This document shows positions 20,827 through 31,247 of a DNA stretch of 64,000 nucleotides, one piece after another. The notes under the pieces were generated by a model, which was not told the DNA's origin, ran no database searches, and worked only from the letters and a program-made list of their open reading frames with translations. The translations under genes were made by a program, and so were the position numbers. Position 1 is the first letter of the stretch. Each line of letters starts with the position of its first letter. This stretch comes from an uncultured Methylomirabilota bacterium (lineage in GTDB: Bacteria > Methylomirabilota > Methylomirabilia > Methylomirabilales > 2-02-FULL-66-22). The DNA lies in NCBI GenBank assembly GCA_963705305.1, contig OY970067.1:2432001-2496000 (forward strand). Reading direction: 5' to 3'.

Positions 20827-21870
20827 GTGAACGTCCGGGAGCGCATTCTGACGGCCATGAACTGGGGGGAGCCGGATCGGGTCCCACTCACGGTTTACGA
20901 CTGGATGCTGCCCCGCGGCCTGACCGAGCGCGGGCTGCGCGAGGCCGGCGTCGGCCTGATCACCCGCCTTCCGGCGCACCGGGCGACCTACCGGCAGGTC
21001 CAGATCACCACGCGGGAGTACTGGGAGAACGGACAGCCCTTCGTCCGCCGAACCATCCACACCCCGGTGGGCGAGGTGTGGCAGCGGCTGCAGCCCGACC
21101 CGGCTTACGGCACCTCCAACTGGATCCACGCCCATTTCATCAAGGGTCCCGAGGACTACCGGGTGATGGAGTACTACGTGCGGGATGCCGTCTACCACGA
21201 CAATTACGAGCTCATCCGCGAGACGCGGCGGCGGATGGGGGACGACGGGATCGTCTTCGTGCGGGTGGCCAAGGCCCCCATCCAGGAGATGCTCTACCAG
21301 ATGCTGGGGATGGAGCAGTTCGCCGAGGATTACCATACGCGGCGGGACCTGTTCGACTCGCTGCACGCCGCCATGGTGCGGCGGTACGCCGAGCTGTATG
21401 ACCTGGCGGCCGGGGCCCCGGTGGAGATCCTCCAGCTGGGCGACAACATCACGAGCGACGTGGTCGGCAAGGAGCGTTTTCAGGCCTACCTCATGCCGGA
21501 GTACGCGAAGCTGCATCGGCGGCTGGCGGGGACCGGGAAGAAGCTGGCGGTCCACATGGACGGGATGCTGAAATCGCTCACCACGGAGATCGGGACTGCC
21601 GAGTTTGACATCGTGGAGGCGATTACCCCCCCGCCGATGGGTGACGTGTCGGTCCGGGAGGCCCGCCAGGCCTGGCCGGGCAAGGCTCTCTGGATCAATT
21701 TCACCAGCTCGATGCACATCGAGCCCCCGCATGTGATCGAGGCCCACACGCGCCAGCTCCTGGCGGAGGCCGGAAGCAAGCGCGGCTTTGCCATCAGCGT
21801 GACCGAGGACGCCCCGGTGGAGGCGCTGGAGAAGAGCCTAGCCGTTATCGCCCGCGTGCTGCAAGAGTGA
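20827..21870 (+). CDS. Uroporphyrinogen decarboxylase-superfamily protein
   Basis: AGGAGG RBS with GTG start; RERILTAM..EPDRVP, LGDN, VHMDG, EAITPPPMGD. Confidence 0.75.
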   Translation: MNVRERILTAMNWGEPDRVPLTVYDWMLPRGLTERGLREAGVGLITRLPAHRATYRQVQITTREYWENGQPFVRRTIHTPVGEVWQRLQPDPAYGTSNWIHAHFIKGPEDYRVMEYYVRDAVYHDNYELIRETRRRMGDDGIVFVRVAKAPIQEMLYQMLGMEQFAEDYHTRRDLFDSLHAAMVRRYAELYDLAAGAPVEILQLGDNITSDVVGKERFQAYLMPEYAKLHRRLAGTGKKLAVHMDGMLKSLTTEIGTAEFDIVEAITPPPMGDVSVREARQAWPGKALWINFTSSMHIEPPHVIEAHTRQLLAEAGSKRGFAISVTEDAPVEALEKSLAVIARVLQE

Positions 21871-22380
21871 CGGGCCACCCACGGTCTGGTGACGGAGGTT
21901 CGGGCTTTCCGTCGAGAGATTTCCTTGCGTCCGGCATCGGAGAGCTGCGTCGGCGGGGCGACACGATGCGATGAGCGCGCCCCCTACGCTCCACAGGCCG
22001 GCTCTCCTTCACGTCTCGCCCCTCGGAGGCGGCTGCCCAGGGGGGCCGGCCAGATTCGCCGATCGGAACAATTCAGGACAATTCGGGACAATCGGCTTGA
22101 CGGTTGGGGCGGGCCTGTGGCTAAAATGTCCTACAAGCAGGACCCGACCCGAGATCCATCCGGGGGCCAGGCGGTAGTTTCTGCCTGTCCGGTCCGGCGT
22201 ACCGTTCCGTCTGCGGGGATCCGACGGCCCCGACAGGGGCCTTTGGGCCGGCGAGGGCAGGCGACGCTCCCGGTCGTCCCGCGGAGGGGGTCGTAGTCGA
22301 CGAATCACTCCCACCAGAGGTGCCATCTCCCGCTAATCTGCCGGCTGGAGTTTCCCGCCGGCTCCAACGAAAGGGGAGCG

Positions 22381-24915
22381 ATGATGCCACTGACATTGGG
22401 ACCGCGGCGTGGGGTTTCCTTGAATGTCACCGAGACACAGGGGGGCGGGGAGGACCTCCTGCGGCCCGGTGAGCTGGAGAACTTCGAAAAGCTGGATCTC
22501 ATCTACCGTTCCCTCTGCGCCCTCTGCTACAACTTCGTGCCCCTGTCCGGGCATCCCGGCGGCTCGATCTCGGCCGGCCGCATCATGGCGGCGCTCCTGT
22601 TCAACACCATGGACTACGATCTGTCGAGCCCGGACCGGGAGGATGCGGACATCATCTCGTTCGCAGCCGGGCACAAGGCCATGGGGCTGTATTCGCTGTG
22701 GGCGATTCGGGATGAGATTGCCCGGCTGGGGGCGGCGCACCTGCTCCCGCGGGAGGCCAAATTCCGGCTGCGGCTGGAAGATCTGTTGGGGTTCCGGCGG
22801 AATCCCATCACCAAAACGCCGCTGTTCCGAAAGTTCGGGGCCAAGGCGCTGGACGGCCACCCCACCCCGGCGACGCCGTTCATCCGGCTGTCCACCGGGG
22901 CCTCGGGTGTGGGGGTGGCCAGCTCGCTCGGGCTGGCATTCGGCGCCCGGGACTACTTCGGAGAGGCCGCCCCGCGCGTGCACATAGTCGAAGGCGAAGG
23001 GGGGCTGACGCCCGGGCGGGCGGCGGAGGCTCTGGCTGCCGCCGGCACCGCGTCCCTGGGAAATGCCATCATGCACCTGGACTGGAACCAGGCCTCCATC
23101 GACTCCAACCGGGTCTGCCCCGAGGACGGGAAGCCGGGCGACTACGTGCAGTGGACGCCGATGGAGCTGTTTCAGCTGCACGACTGGAACGTGATCTACG
23201 TTCCGGACGGGAAGGACCTTCGCCAGGTCCTGGCCGCCCAGCGGGCCGCCCTGGGAATGCGGAACGGGCAGCCCACCGCCGTCGTCTACCGGACCGTCAA
23301 GGGCTGGCAGTACGGGATGGAGGGCCGAGCCTCGCACGGGGCCGGCCACAAGCTCTGCTCCGACGGGTTCTGCCAGGCACTGGCGGGGCTGACCGGGGAA
23401 GCAGGCATCATGATTCCCACCTGCGAGGCCGGCAAGCAGCGATGCCAGGCGCCCGGTGTGGATACGCCGGCCATCATGGAAGAGTGCCTGTGGGAGTCCC
23501 TCCAGCTCGTCCGCAAGGTCATCGAGGACAGCCGGCCGATGGTGGACGGCCTGGCGGCCCGGCTGGTCGCGGCCCGCGACCGGCTCGACACCCTGCACCG
23601 GCAGCCGCGGCCCGGGGCGCCGCGCGTGGAGGCCGTGTTCGAGCTGGCCTCGCAGGATACGCGGACGCCCGAACCGCTCCAGCTGACTCCCGGGACGGTC
23701 ACGACGCTGCGGGCCGAGCTGGGCCGCGCCCTCCAGCACTACAACAAGGTCTCCGGAGGCGGAGTCCTTGCCGGATCGGCCGATCTCCTCGGCTCGACCA
23801 GCCTGAGCGTGGCGGGGACGGGCTTCCCGGCGGGCTACTGGAACGCGAGCACCAACCCGGAAGCCCGCCTCCTGTCGGTCGGCGGGATCTGCGAGGATGC
23901 CATGGCCGGGATTCTGTCCGGCCTGACCACATTCGGGCACCACGTCGGAGTCGGCTCGTCCTACGGGGCCTTCATCGCGCCGCTGAGCCATATCGCCAGC
24001 CGCCTGCATGCCATCGGGGCGCAGGCGCGGCACGCCCTCACCGGCCAGCCCTACCGGCCCATGATCATCGTCTGCGCGCATGCCGGCCTGAAAACCGGCG
24101 AAGATGGCCCCACCCATGCCGACCCGCAGCCCCTGCAGGTCCTCCAGGAAAACTTCCCGCAGGGAACGCTGATCAGCCTCACCCCCTGGGATCCCCGGGA
24201 GATCTGGCCGCTCCTGGCCGCCGCGCTGAGAAAGCGGCCCGCGGTCATCGTCCCCTTCGTGACGCGCCCCAACGAGACGGTGCTCGACCGGGCCGCGCTA
24301 GGGCTGGCGCCCGTGGAGGACGCCGTCCAGGGTGCGTACCTGCTGCGCAAGCCGCGGGGCGAGGGCCGGGGGACCATCGTCCTCCAGGAGAGCGCCGCGA
24401 CCTATGCCTTCGTGGAAGATGCCCTGCCGCTTATCGAAAAAGATGGGCTGGATCCGTGGGTCTACTACGTGTCCAGCGCGGAATTGTTCGATCTGCTCCC
24501 CGTGGTGCGGCAGCGCCAGATCTTCCCGGCGGAGCGGGCGCTGGAAGCCATGGGTGTCACCGGATTCACCCTGCCGACAATGTTCCGGTGGGTGCTGTCG
24601 GACCTCGGTCGCTCCATGACGCTGCATCCCTTCAGGAAGGGCCATTTCCTCGGCAGCGGGCAGGGGGAGGTGGTCCTGGCCGAGGCGGGTCTCGACGGCC
24701 GGAGCCAGTACCGCGCCGTCAAGAGCTACCTGGATGCCCTGGCGCGGCAGGAACGGGTTGTGAGGCCAAAGGTGGGCAGCGCGGCCAAGGCGGCCGGTAA
24801 GGCTGCACCCAAAGCCCGGGCGAAGGCCAAGGCCAAGGCGAAAGTCGCCTCCAAGGTCAGGACGGCCAAAACGACGCCCAAGCCGAAGGCCAAGGCCCGG
24901 GGGCGCCGGCGGTAG
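22381..24915 (+). CDS. tkt: Transketolase-like ThDP enzyme with basic C-terminal tail
   Basis: SGHPGGS, AAGH, LDGHP, GEGG..DWN, GSADL, GICEDAM, GEDGPTH. Confidence 0.82.
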   Translation: MMPLTLGPRRGVSLNVTETQGGGEDLLRPGELENFEKLDLIYRSLCALCYNFVPLSGHPGGSISAGRIMAALLFNTMDYDLSSPDREDADIISFAAGHKAMGLYSLWAIRDEIARLGAAHLLPREAKFRLRLEDLLGFRRNPITKTPLFRKFGAKALDGHPTPATPFIRLSTGASGVGVASSLGLAFGARDYFGEAAPRVHIVEGEGGLTPGRAAEALAAAGTASLGNAIMHLDWNQASIDSNRVCPEDGKPGDYVQWTPMELFQLHDWNVIYVPDGKDLRQVLAAQRAALGMRNGQPTAVVYRTVKGWQYGMEGRASHGAGHKLCSDGFCQALAGLTGEAGIMIPTCEAGKQRCQAPGVDTPAIMEECLWESLQLVRKVIEDSRPMVDGLAARLVAARDRLDTLHRQPRPGAPRVEAVFELASQDTRTPEPLQLTPGTVTTLRAELGRALQHYNKVSGGGVLAGSADLLGSTSLSVAGTGFPAGYWNASTNPEARLLSVGGICEDAMAGILSGLTTFGHHVGVGSSYGAFIAPLSHIASRLHAIGAQARHALTGQPYRPMIIVCAHAGLKTGEDGPTHADPQPLQVLQENFPQGTLISLTPWDPREIWPLLAAALRKRPAVIVPFVTRPNETVLDRAALGLAPVEDAVQGAYLLRKPRGEGRGTIVLQESAATYAFVEDALPLIEKDGLDPWVYYVSSAELFDLLPVVRQRQIFPAERALEAMGVTGFTLPTMFRWVLSDLGRSMTLHPFRKGHFLGSGQGEVVLAEAGLDGRSQYRAVKSYLDALARQERVVRPKVGSAAKAAGKAAPKARAKAKAKAKVASKVRTAKTTPKPKAKARGRRR

Positions 24916-25124
24916 GAACGGCCCTGGGACCGGCGCAGCGCGCCACACGTCCGCGGGCGGGAGGACTCTCGAGGCCTCCCGCCCGTTTTTTCGATGGCAG
25001 TTTGATCCGAGCCGTCCCAGGGTCCGGCGCTTTTGTGTATTGCGGCCTCTTCCATCTGATCTATAATCAAAAATCTTCGGCGGACAGGCCGGGCGCGCCC
25101 GCCGCAGGGGGCAATGTCGCGACT

Positions 25125-27371
25125 ATGCTCACGGATCCCATTCTCGACGATCTGAATCCGCCCCAGCAGGAGGCGGTGCTGCACGGCGACGGGCCGCTTT
25201 TGATCCTGGCCGGCGCCGGCTCGGGGAAGACCCGCGTCATCACGCGCCGCATCGCCTATCTGATCGCCCGGCGGGGCATCCAGCCCTGGCAGATCTTGGC
25301 CGTGACCTTCACCAACAAGGCGGCGGAGGAGATGCGCAAGCGCGTGGGGCAGCTCTTGGGGGTGCGCGGCCTCAACGTCTCCCTGGGGACGTTTCACTCC
25401 ACCTGCGTCAAGATCCTCCGCAAGTACCACCGCGAGCTGGGGCTCCGCAGCAGCTTCGTGATCTACGACGAGGCGGACCAGCTCGGCCTGGTGAAGGATT
25501 GTTTGAAGGCGCTGGATCTCAGCGAGCGGGTGATGAACCCGCGGGGAGTGGCGGCGCGGATCAGCCGGGCCAAGAACGAGCTGCTCACCCCGGGGGAGTA
25601 TGCCGCGGTGGCGAACGACTTCACGGAGGAGCGGACGGCCAAGCTCTACAGCCTCTACCAGGATCGACTGCGCGCCTGCCAGGCTGTCGATTTCGACGAT
25701 CTGCTGATGCTCACCGTGCTCCTCTTCCGCGACGTACCGCACGCGCTGGAGTACTACCAGAACCTCTGGCGGTACGTGATGGTGGACGAGTACCAGGACA
25801 CCAACCACGCGCAGTACCAGATCGTCAACTTCCTCACGCGGCGGCACGGGAACCTCGCCGTGGTCGGCGACGATGACCAGTCCATCTACCGGTGGCGAGG
25901 GGCCGACCTCAACAACATCCTGGACTTCGAGCGGGACCACCCGGGCTGCGCGGTCATCAAGCTGGAGCAGAACTACCGCTCCACCCAGACGGTTTTGGAC
26001 GCCGCCGGCGGGGTGGTGGCCCACAATGTGGGGCGCAAGGGAAAGACCCTCTGGACCGAGAATGCCGAAGGCGATCCGGTCGTCCTCTACCAGGCGCGGG
26101 ACGAGCAGGCCGAAGCGGACTTCGTGGTTCGCACCATCCGGCAGCTGTCCGCCGAGCATGGCTATTCGCTGAACGACTTTGCCGTGTTCTACCGGACGAA
26201 CGCCCAGTCCCGGGTCCTGGAGGATGCCTTGCGGCGCGACGTGACCCCCTACGCGATCGTCGGCGGGCTCCGATTCTACGAGCGGAAAGAGATCAAGGAC
26301 ATCTTGGCCTACCTGCGCCTGGTGGCCAACCCGGATGACGCCCAGAGCTTCAAGCGCATCGTCAACGTTCCGCCGCGGGGGATCGGCCAGGCCACGCTGG
26401 ATAAGCTGGAGGGGCTGGCGGTCGGCGAGCGGGTCTCCCTGTGGGAGGCCTGCCGGCGGATCGGCGAACGCAAAATCCTGGGCCCCAAAGTCCTCAAGGC
26501 GCTGGGGGAGCTGATTGCGCTGATCGAGCGGCTGCGGGCCCGGATGGAAGTGGTGGCGGTCCCGGAGCTGATCCTGGAGATCCTTGAGGCCACGGGATAC
26601 GTGGCCGACCTGAGAAACGAGGGGACGATCGAGGCCGAGTCCCGCCTCGAGAACCTGGAGGAGTTGGTCTCGGCCGCGCGGGAGTTCATGGAGCGGAGCG
26701 AAGACCAGAGCCTGCAGGCCTTCCTGGACAGCGTGGCGCTGATTGCCGACATCGACCTGCTGGGGGAAGGCACGGGCACGGTCACCCTCATGACGCTGCA
26801 CTCGGCCAAGGGGCTGGAGTTTCCGGTGGTCTTCATGACCGGGATGGAGGAGGGGGTCTTCCCCCACGCCCGCTCACTGATCGAAGAGGACGAGCTGGAG
26901 GAAGAGCGGCGGCTCTGCTACGTCGGGATGACCCGGGCCAAGGAGCGGCTGTTCGTCTCGGCGGCCCTTTCCCGGCGGATGTACAACAGCGACAACTACA
27001 ACCTCCCCTCCCGCTTCCTGGACGAGTTGCCCGCCCGTCTGGTCGAGCAGATGAACGGCCTGGGCCTCCGGGGACAATCGGGCTCCCCCCGCATCGCGGC
27101 CTCCGCCTCGACCCGGGAGCGGCAGGAGGGATGGAGCGGAGAGGCTGCCGGCCGGGGTGCCCCGGGGTGGCCGCACGCCGAGAAGGACGAGGCGGAAGAG
27201 CCCTTCGTGGACCACCTTGCCGTCGGGATGCGGGTGCGCCACCCGGAATGGGGGGTCGGGACGATTCGCGAGCGGATCGGCGAGGGGGCGGACCTGAAGG
27301 TGGTCGTGACGTTTGCGGGGGTCGGGCGGAAGAAGCTGGCGGCGCACCAGGCGCAGCTCGAGCAATTGTAA
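25125..27371 (+). CDS. pcrA: ATP-dependent DNA helicase PcrA/UvrD
   Basis: AGAGSGKT, DEYQDTN, VGDDDQSIY, NYRST, HSAKGLEF, EERRLCYVGMTRA; C-terminal Tudor-like domain. Confidence 0.95.
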   Translation: MLTDPILDDLNPPQQEAVLHGDGPLLILAGAGSGKTRVITRRIAYLIARRGIQPWQILAVTFTNKAAEEMRKRVGQLLGVRGLNVSLGTFHSTCVKILRKYHRELGLRSSFVIYDEADQLGLVKDCLKALDLSERVMNPRGVAARISRAKNELLTPGEYAAVANDFTEERTAKLYSLYQDRLRACQAVDFDDLLMLTVLLFRDVPHALEYYQNLWRYVMVDEYQDTNHAQYQIVNFLTRRHGNLAVVGDDDQSIYRWRGADLNNILDFERDHPGCAVIKLEQNYRSTQTVLDAAGGVVAHNVGRKGKTLWTENAEGDPVVLYQARDEQAEADFVVRTIRQLSAEHGYSLNDFAVFYRTNAQSRVLEDALRRDVTPYAIVGGLRFYERKEIKDILAYLRLVANPDDAQSFKRIVNVPPRGIGQATLDKLEGLAVGERVSLWEACRRIGERKILGPKVLKALGELIALIERLRARMEVVAVPELILEILEATGYVADLRNEGTIEAESRLENLEELVSAAREFMERSEDQSLQAFLDSVALIADIDLLGEGTGTVTLMTLHSAKGLEFPVVFMTGMEEGVFPHARSLIEEDELEEERRLCYVGMTRAKERLFVSAALSRRMYNSDNYNLPSRFLDELPARLVEQMNGLGLRGQSGSPRIAASASTRERQEGWSGEAAGRGAPGWPHAEKDEAEEPFVDHLAVGMRVRHPEWGVGTIRERIGEGADLKVVVTFAGVGRKKLAAHQAQLEQL

Positions 27372-27424
27372 GCGGGGGGTGGCGGACCGCATTCGTCTGG
27401 GCGATCGGAGGTAGGGAGGCTGAA

Positions 27425-27718
27425 GTGGCCAAGATCACGCGGGCGGAAGTCGAGCAGGTGGCGCGGCTGGCGCGCCTGGAGTTGACGGAGGAGGAGAAGG
27501 GACGGATAACGGCGGAGCTGGACGCCATCCTGGGCTACATGGAGACGCTGAATGCCCTGGACACCACCGGCGTGGCGCCGACGACGACCGTGATCCCCAT
27601 GACCAGCGTGATGCGCGAGGACGAGGTGCGGCCGGGACTCAGCCAGGAGCAGGCCCTGGCCAACGCGCCGGACCGGCAGGACATCTTCTTCCGCGTGCCG
27701 CGGATCATCGAGGACTGA
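27425..27718 (+). CDS. gatC: Asp/Glu-tRNA amidotransferase subunit C
   Basis: [32 protein letters not shown]. Confidence 0.95.
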   Translation: MAKITRAEVEQVARLARLELTEEEKGRITAELDAILGYMETLNALDTTGVAPTTTVIPMTSVMREDEVRPGLSQEQALANAPDRQDIFFRVPRIIED

Positions 27719-27743
27719 GCGGCACAGCAACGGAGACGGCGGC

Positions 27744-29204
27744 GTGGACCTCTATCGGCTGACCATTCACGAGACGCGGGACCTCATCCGGAAGGGCGAG
27801 ATCTCGCCGGCGGAGGTGGTGCGGAGCTACCTGGCGCGGATCGAGGCGCTGGAGGGCCGCATCCAGGCCTATAACACCCTGACCGGCGAGAGCGCGCTGA
27901 AGGCCGCCGAACGGCTCGGCAAGCGGCGGACGGCCGGCGAGCCTCTCCCTTCCCTGGCGGGGATCCCGCTGGCGATCAAGGATGTCATTTGCACCCGGGA
28001 TGTTCCCACCACCTGCTCGTCCAGGATCCTGGCCAATTTCATCCCGCCCTACAGTGCCACGGTGATCAACCGGCTGGACCGGGCGGGTGCGCTCACACTC
28101 GGGAAGACCAACATGGACGAGTTCGCCATGGGGTCCTCCACCGAGAACTCGGCCTTCAAGGCGACGCGCAATCCCTGGAACCTGGACTGCGTGCCCGGCG
28201 GCTCCAGCGGGGGCTCGGCCGCCGCCGTAAGTGCCGACCTGTGCGCGGGGGCGCTGGGAACCGACACAGGCGGCTCCATCCGCCAGCCGGGCGGTTTCTG
28301 CGGGATCGCAGCCCTGAAGCCGACCTACGGACGCGTGTCCCGGTACGGCCTGGTGGCCTACGCCTCCTCCCTCGACCAAATCGGTCCGCTGGGCAAGGAT
28401 GTGCGGGACGTTGCCATCCTGCTCGGCGCCATCGCCGGACACGACCCCCTCGACTCGACCTCTGCCGACGTGCCGGTGCCGGACTACGAAGCGGCGCTGA
28501 CCGGCGACATCCGCGGTCTGCGCATCGGGATTCCCGCCGAGTACTTCATCCCCGGGATGGACCCGCAGGTGGAGGTGGCGGTCTGGGAGGCGATCCAGGT
28601 CCTGGAGGGCCTGGGAGCTGTCCGGGTGCCCGTGACGCTTCCGCATACGCGGTATGCCATCGCCACCTACTACCTGGTGGCCACCGCCGAGGCCAGCTCC
28701 AACCTCGGACGGTATGACGGGGTGAAGTACGGCTACCGGACGCCGCGGTCGGAGCACCTCATCGACATGTACATGAAGACCCGGCGCGAGGGGTTCGGGG
28801 GCGAGGTGAAGCGGCGCATCATGCTGGGGACCTATGCGCTGAGCGCCGGCTATTACGACGCCTACTATCTGAAAGCGCTCAAGGTGCGGACGCTGATCCG
28901 CCTGGACTTTTCCCGCGCCTTCGAGCAGTGTGACGTGATCCTGACCCCCACCTCGCCGACGGCGGCGTTCCGCCTGGGGGAGAAGACCGACGACCCGCTG
29001 CAAATGTACCTGGCGGATGTCTTCACGATCTCGGTGAATCTGGCCGGGGCGCCGGGGATGAGCGTGAACTGCGGCTTCACGCAGGGGGGGCTCCCCATCG
29101 GCCTCCAGCTGATCGGGAAACCGTTCGGCGAGGAGGCGGTCCTGCGGATCGCACACGCCTACGAACAGGCGACGCCGTGGAGGGCACGGCGGCCCGACAT
29201 GTAG
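27744..29204 (+). CDS. gatA: Asp/Glu-tRNA amidotransferase subunit A
   Basis: [43 protein letters not shown]. Confidence 0.97.
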   Translation: MDLYRLTIHETRDLIRKGEISPAEVVRSYLARIEALEGRIQAYNTLTGESALKAAERLGKRRTAGEPLPSLAGIPLAIKDVICTRDVPTTCSSRILANFIPPYSATVINRLDRAGALTLGKTNMDEFAMGSSTENSAFKATRNPWNLDCVPGGSSGGSAAAVSADLCAGALGTDTGGSIRQPGGFCGIAALKPTYGRVSRYGLVAYASSLDQIGPLGKDVRDVAILLGAIAGHDPLDSTSADVPVPDYEAALTGDIRGLRIGIPAEYFIPGMDPQVEVAVWEAIQVLEGLGAVRVPVTLPHTRYAIATYYLVATAEASSNLGRYDGVKYGYRTPRSEHLIDMYMKTRREGFGGEVKRRIMLGTYALSAGYYDAYYLKALKVRTLIRLDFSRAFEQCDVILTPTSPTAAFRLGEKTDDPLQMYLADVFTISVNLAGAPGMSVNCGFTQGGLPIGLQLIGKPFGEEAVLRIAHAYEQATPWRARRPDM

Positions 29205-29220
29205 GAAAGGGTGGACGGCC

Positions 29221-29595
29221 ATGCGAAGAGCGGATGGGCTCCGGCTGTACCCGGCGGTTCTAGTCTGTCTGATCCTGGCGGTGCTGGCGGGGTCGGCGGG
29301 CCGAGGGGAAGCGGCCACGAAGAAGGGGGGCGACCTGGTTGTTCTGGATCACGAGCGGTGGCTGGACACGCTGAAGGGGACCCTCAAGAACTTCGGCCCG
29401 ACTCCGGCCCGCGACGTCACCGTGGTCGTCAAGTTTTTCGACAAGAAGAAGAACGCGCTCGGCAGCCAGCGAGTGAGCCTGGGCGACCTGGCGTCGGGCG
29501 AGCAGCGCTCGTGGAGTCTGGCCATCGTGGAACGAAACCGACCCGCCACCCGGTACGAGTTCACCGTGTACGCGATCCGGGGGGGCAAGAAGTGA
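29221..29595 (+). CDS. Secreted FxLYD-like beta-sandwich protein
   Basis: Signal peptide; [28 protein letters not shown]. Confidence 0.65.
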   Translation: MRRADGLRLYPAVLVCLILAVLAGSAGRGEAATKKGGDLVVLDHERWLDTLKGTLKNFGPTPARDVTVVVKFFDKKKNALGSQRVSLGDLASGEQRSWSLAIVERNRPATRYEFTVYAIRGGKK

Positions 29596-29626
29596 GGATT
29601 CGGCGCGATCCTGCCGGGGAGTGAGC

Positions 29627-31066
29627 ATGCCGGAATTCGAAGCCGTTATCGGACTGGAAGTCCACGCGGAGCTGCTGACCAGCTCCAAGATGTTCTGCGG
29701 CTGCAGCACCACGTTCGGGGCGCCGCCGAACACGCAGACCTGCCCCGTCTGCCTGGGAATGCCGGGCGTGCTGCCGGTCATCAACCGGCGGGGGGTGGAA
29801 TTCGCGATCCGAACGGCGCTGGCGCTGCACTGCCAGATCGCGCCCATGTCCCGCTTCGCCCGCAAGAACTACTACTACCCGGACCTGCCCAAGGCCTATC
29901 AGATCTCGCAGTACGAGCTGCCCCTGTCGGAGCTGGGCCACATCACCGTTGCGCTGAACGGCGAGACGAAGCGGGTGGGCATCCGCCGCGTGCACCTCGA
30001 AGAGGACACCGGCAAGCTGGTCCATGCCGGCCTCATGGAGGAGGCGGAGAGCAGCCTGGTGGATTTCAACCGCTGCGGCGTCCCCCTCATGGAGATCGTG
30101 AGCGAGCCGGACATCCGCACGCCCGAGGAGGCGGCAGAGTATCTGCGGCAGCTCCGCGCCATCCTGGTCTACCTGGGGGTGTGCGACGGCAACATGGAGG
30201 AGGGGAGCTTTCGCTGCGATGCCAACGTGTCGGTGCGCCCCCGGGGCGCCGCGGAGTTCGGGACGAAGGTCGAGGTCAAGAACATGAACTCCTTCCGGAA
30301 CGTCCAGCGGGCGCTGGAGTACGAGATCCGGCGCCAGGCGAGGGCGCTCGGGGACGGTGAGGCGCTGGTGCAGGAGACGCGGCTCTGGAACGCCGACCAG
30401 GGGATCACCCTCTCGATGCGCAGCAAGGAGTACGCCCACGACTACCGGTACTTCCCCGACCCGGACCTGGTGCCCTTGGTGGTGGAGCCGGTGTGGGTGG
30501 ACGCGATCCGGGCCGCCCTGCCCGAGCTCCCCGAGGCCAAGCGGCAGCGCTTCGTGGCGGAGTACGGCATCCCGGAATACGATGCGGGCGTCCTCACGGG
30601 GAGCCCGGCCCTGGCGGCCTACTACGAGGCCTGCGTGGCGGTCCACCGGGACGCCAAGACCGTCAGCAACTGGGTCATGGTCGAGCTGCTGGGCCGCCTG
30701 AACAAGGACGGCAAGGACATCGCGCAGAGCCCCATCCCGCCCGAGCGGCTGGGGGCCATGCTGGACCTGCTGGCCCGGGGGATGATCAGCGGCAAGATGG
30801 CCAAGGAGTTCTTCGACGAGATGTACGCGGGCGGCGCCGACCCGGCCGAAATCCTGAAGAAGAAGGGGGGCCAGATCACCGACACCGCGCAGCTGGAGGC
30901 GGTCATCGCGGAGATCGTCGCCGGACATCCCGGACCGGTGGCCGAGTACCGCTCGGGCAAAGAAGGCGCCTTCAACTTCTTCGTCGGCCAGGTGATGCGC
31001 GCCACCAAGGGGAAGGCCAACCCGCGGATGGTCAGCGAGTTGCTGAAGAAGCAGCTGCAAGGGTGA
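29627..31066 (+). CDS. gatB: Asp/Glu-tRNA amidotransferase subunit B
   Basis: [44 protein letters not shown]. Confidence 0.97.
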   Translation: MPEFEAVIGLEVHAELLTSSKMFCGCSTTFGAPPNTQTCPVCLGMPGVLPVINRRGVEFAIRTALALHCQIAPMSRFARKNYYYPDLPKAYQISQYELPLSELGHITVALNGETKRVGIRRVHLEEDTGKLVHAGLMEEAESSLVDFNRCGVPLMEIVSEPDIRTPEEAAEYLRQLRAILVYLGVCDGNMEEGSFRCDANVSVRPRGAAEFGTKVEVKNMNSFRNVQRALEYEIRRQARALGDGEALVQETRLWNADQGITLSMRSKEYAHDYRYFPDPDLVPLVVEPVWVDAIRAALPELPEAKRQRFVAEYGIPEYDAGVLTGSPALAAYYEACVAVHRDAKTVSNWVMVELLGRLNKDGKDIAQSPIPPERLGAMLDLLARGMISGKMAKEFFDEMYAGGADPAEILKKKGGQITDTAQLEAVIAEIVAGHPGPVAEYRSGKEGAFNFFVGQVMRATKGKANPRMVSELLKKQLQG

Positions 31067-31247
31067 GCCTGCCGGCCCGCGCGGGGGGGTGATCCGCGGT
31101 CCGCCCGCGACGGCGCGAGACGCAGTCCTGCCGCTCCTGGTCGGGCATGCCACGCTCCTCAAGCGCGTCGAATACGCACACAACCGAACAGAGTCTATCG
31201 AGCATCCATCGGGCGGTGCGGGGGAGCGGAAAAGGTAGTTATAGTTA

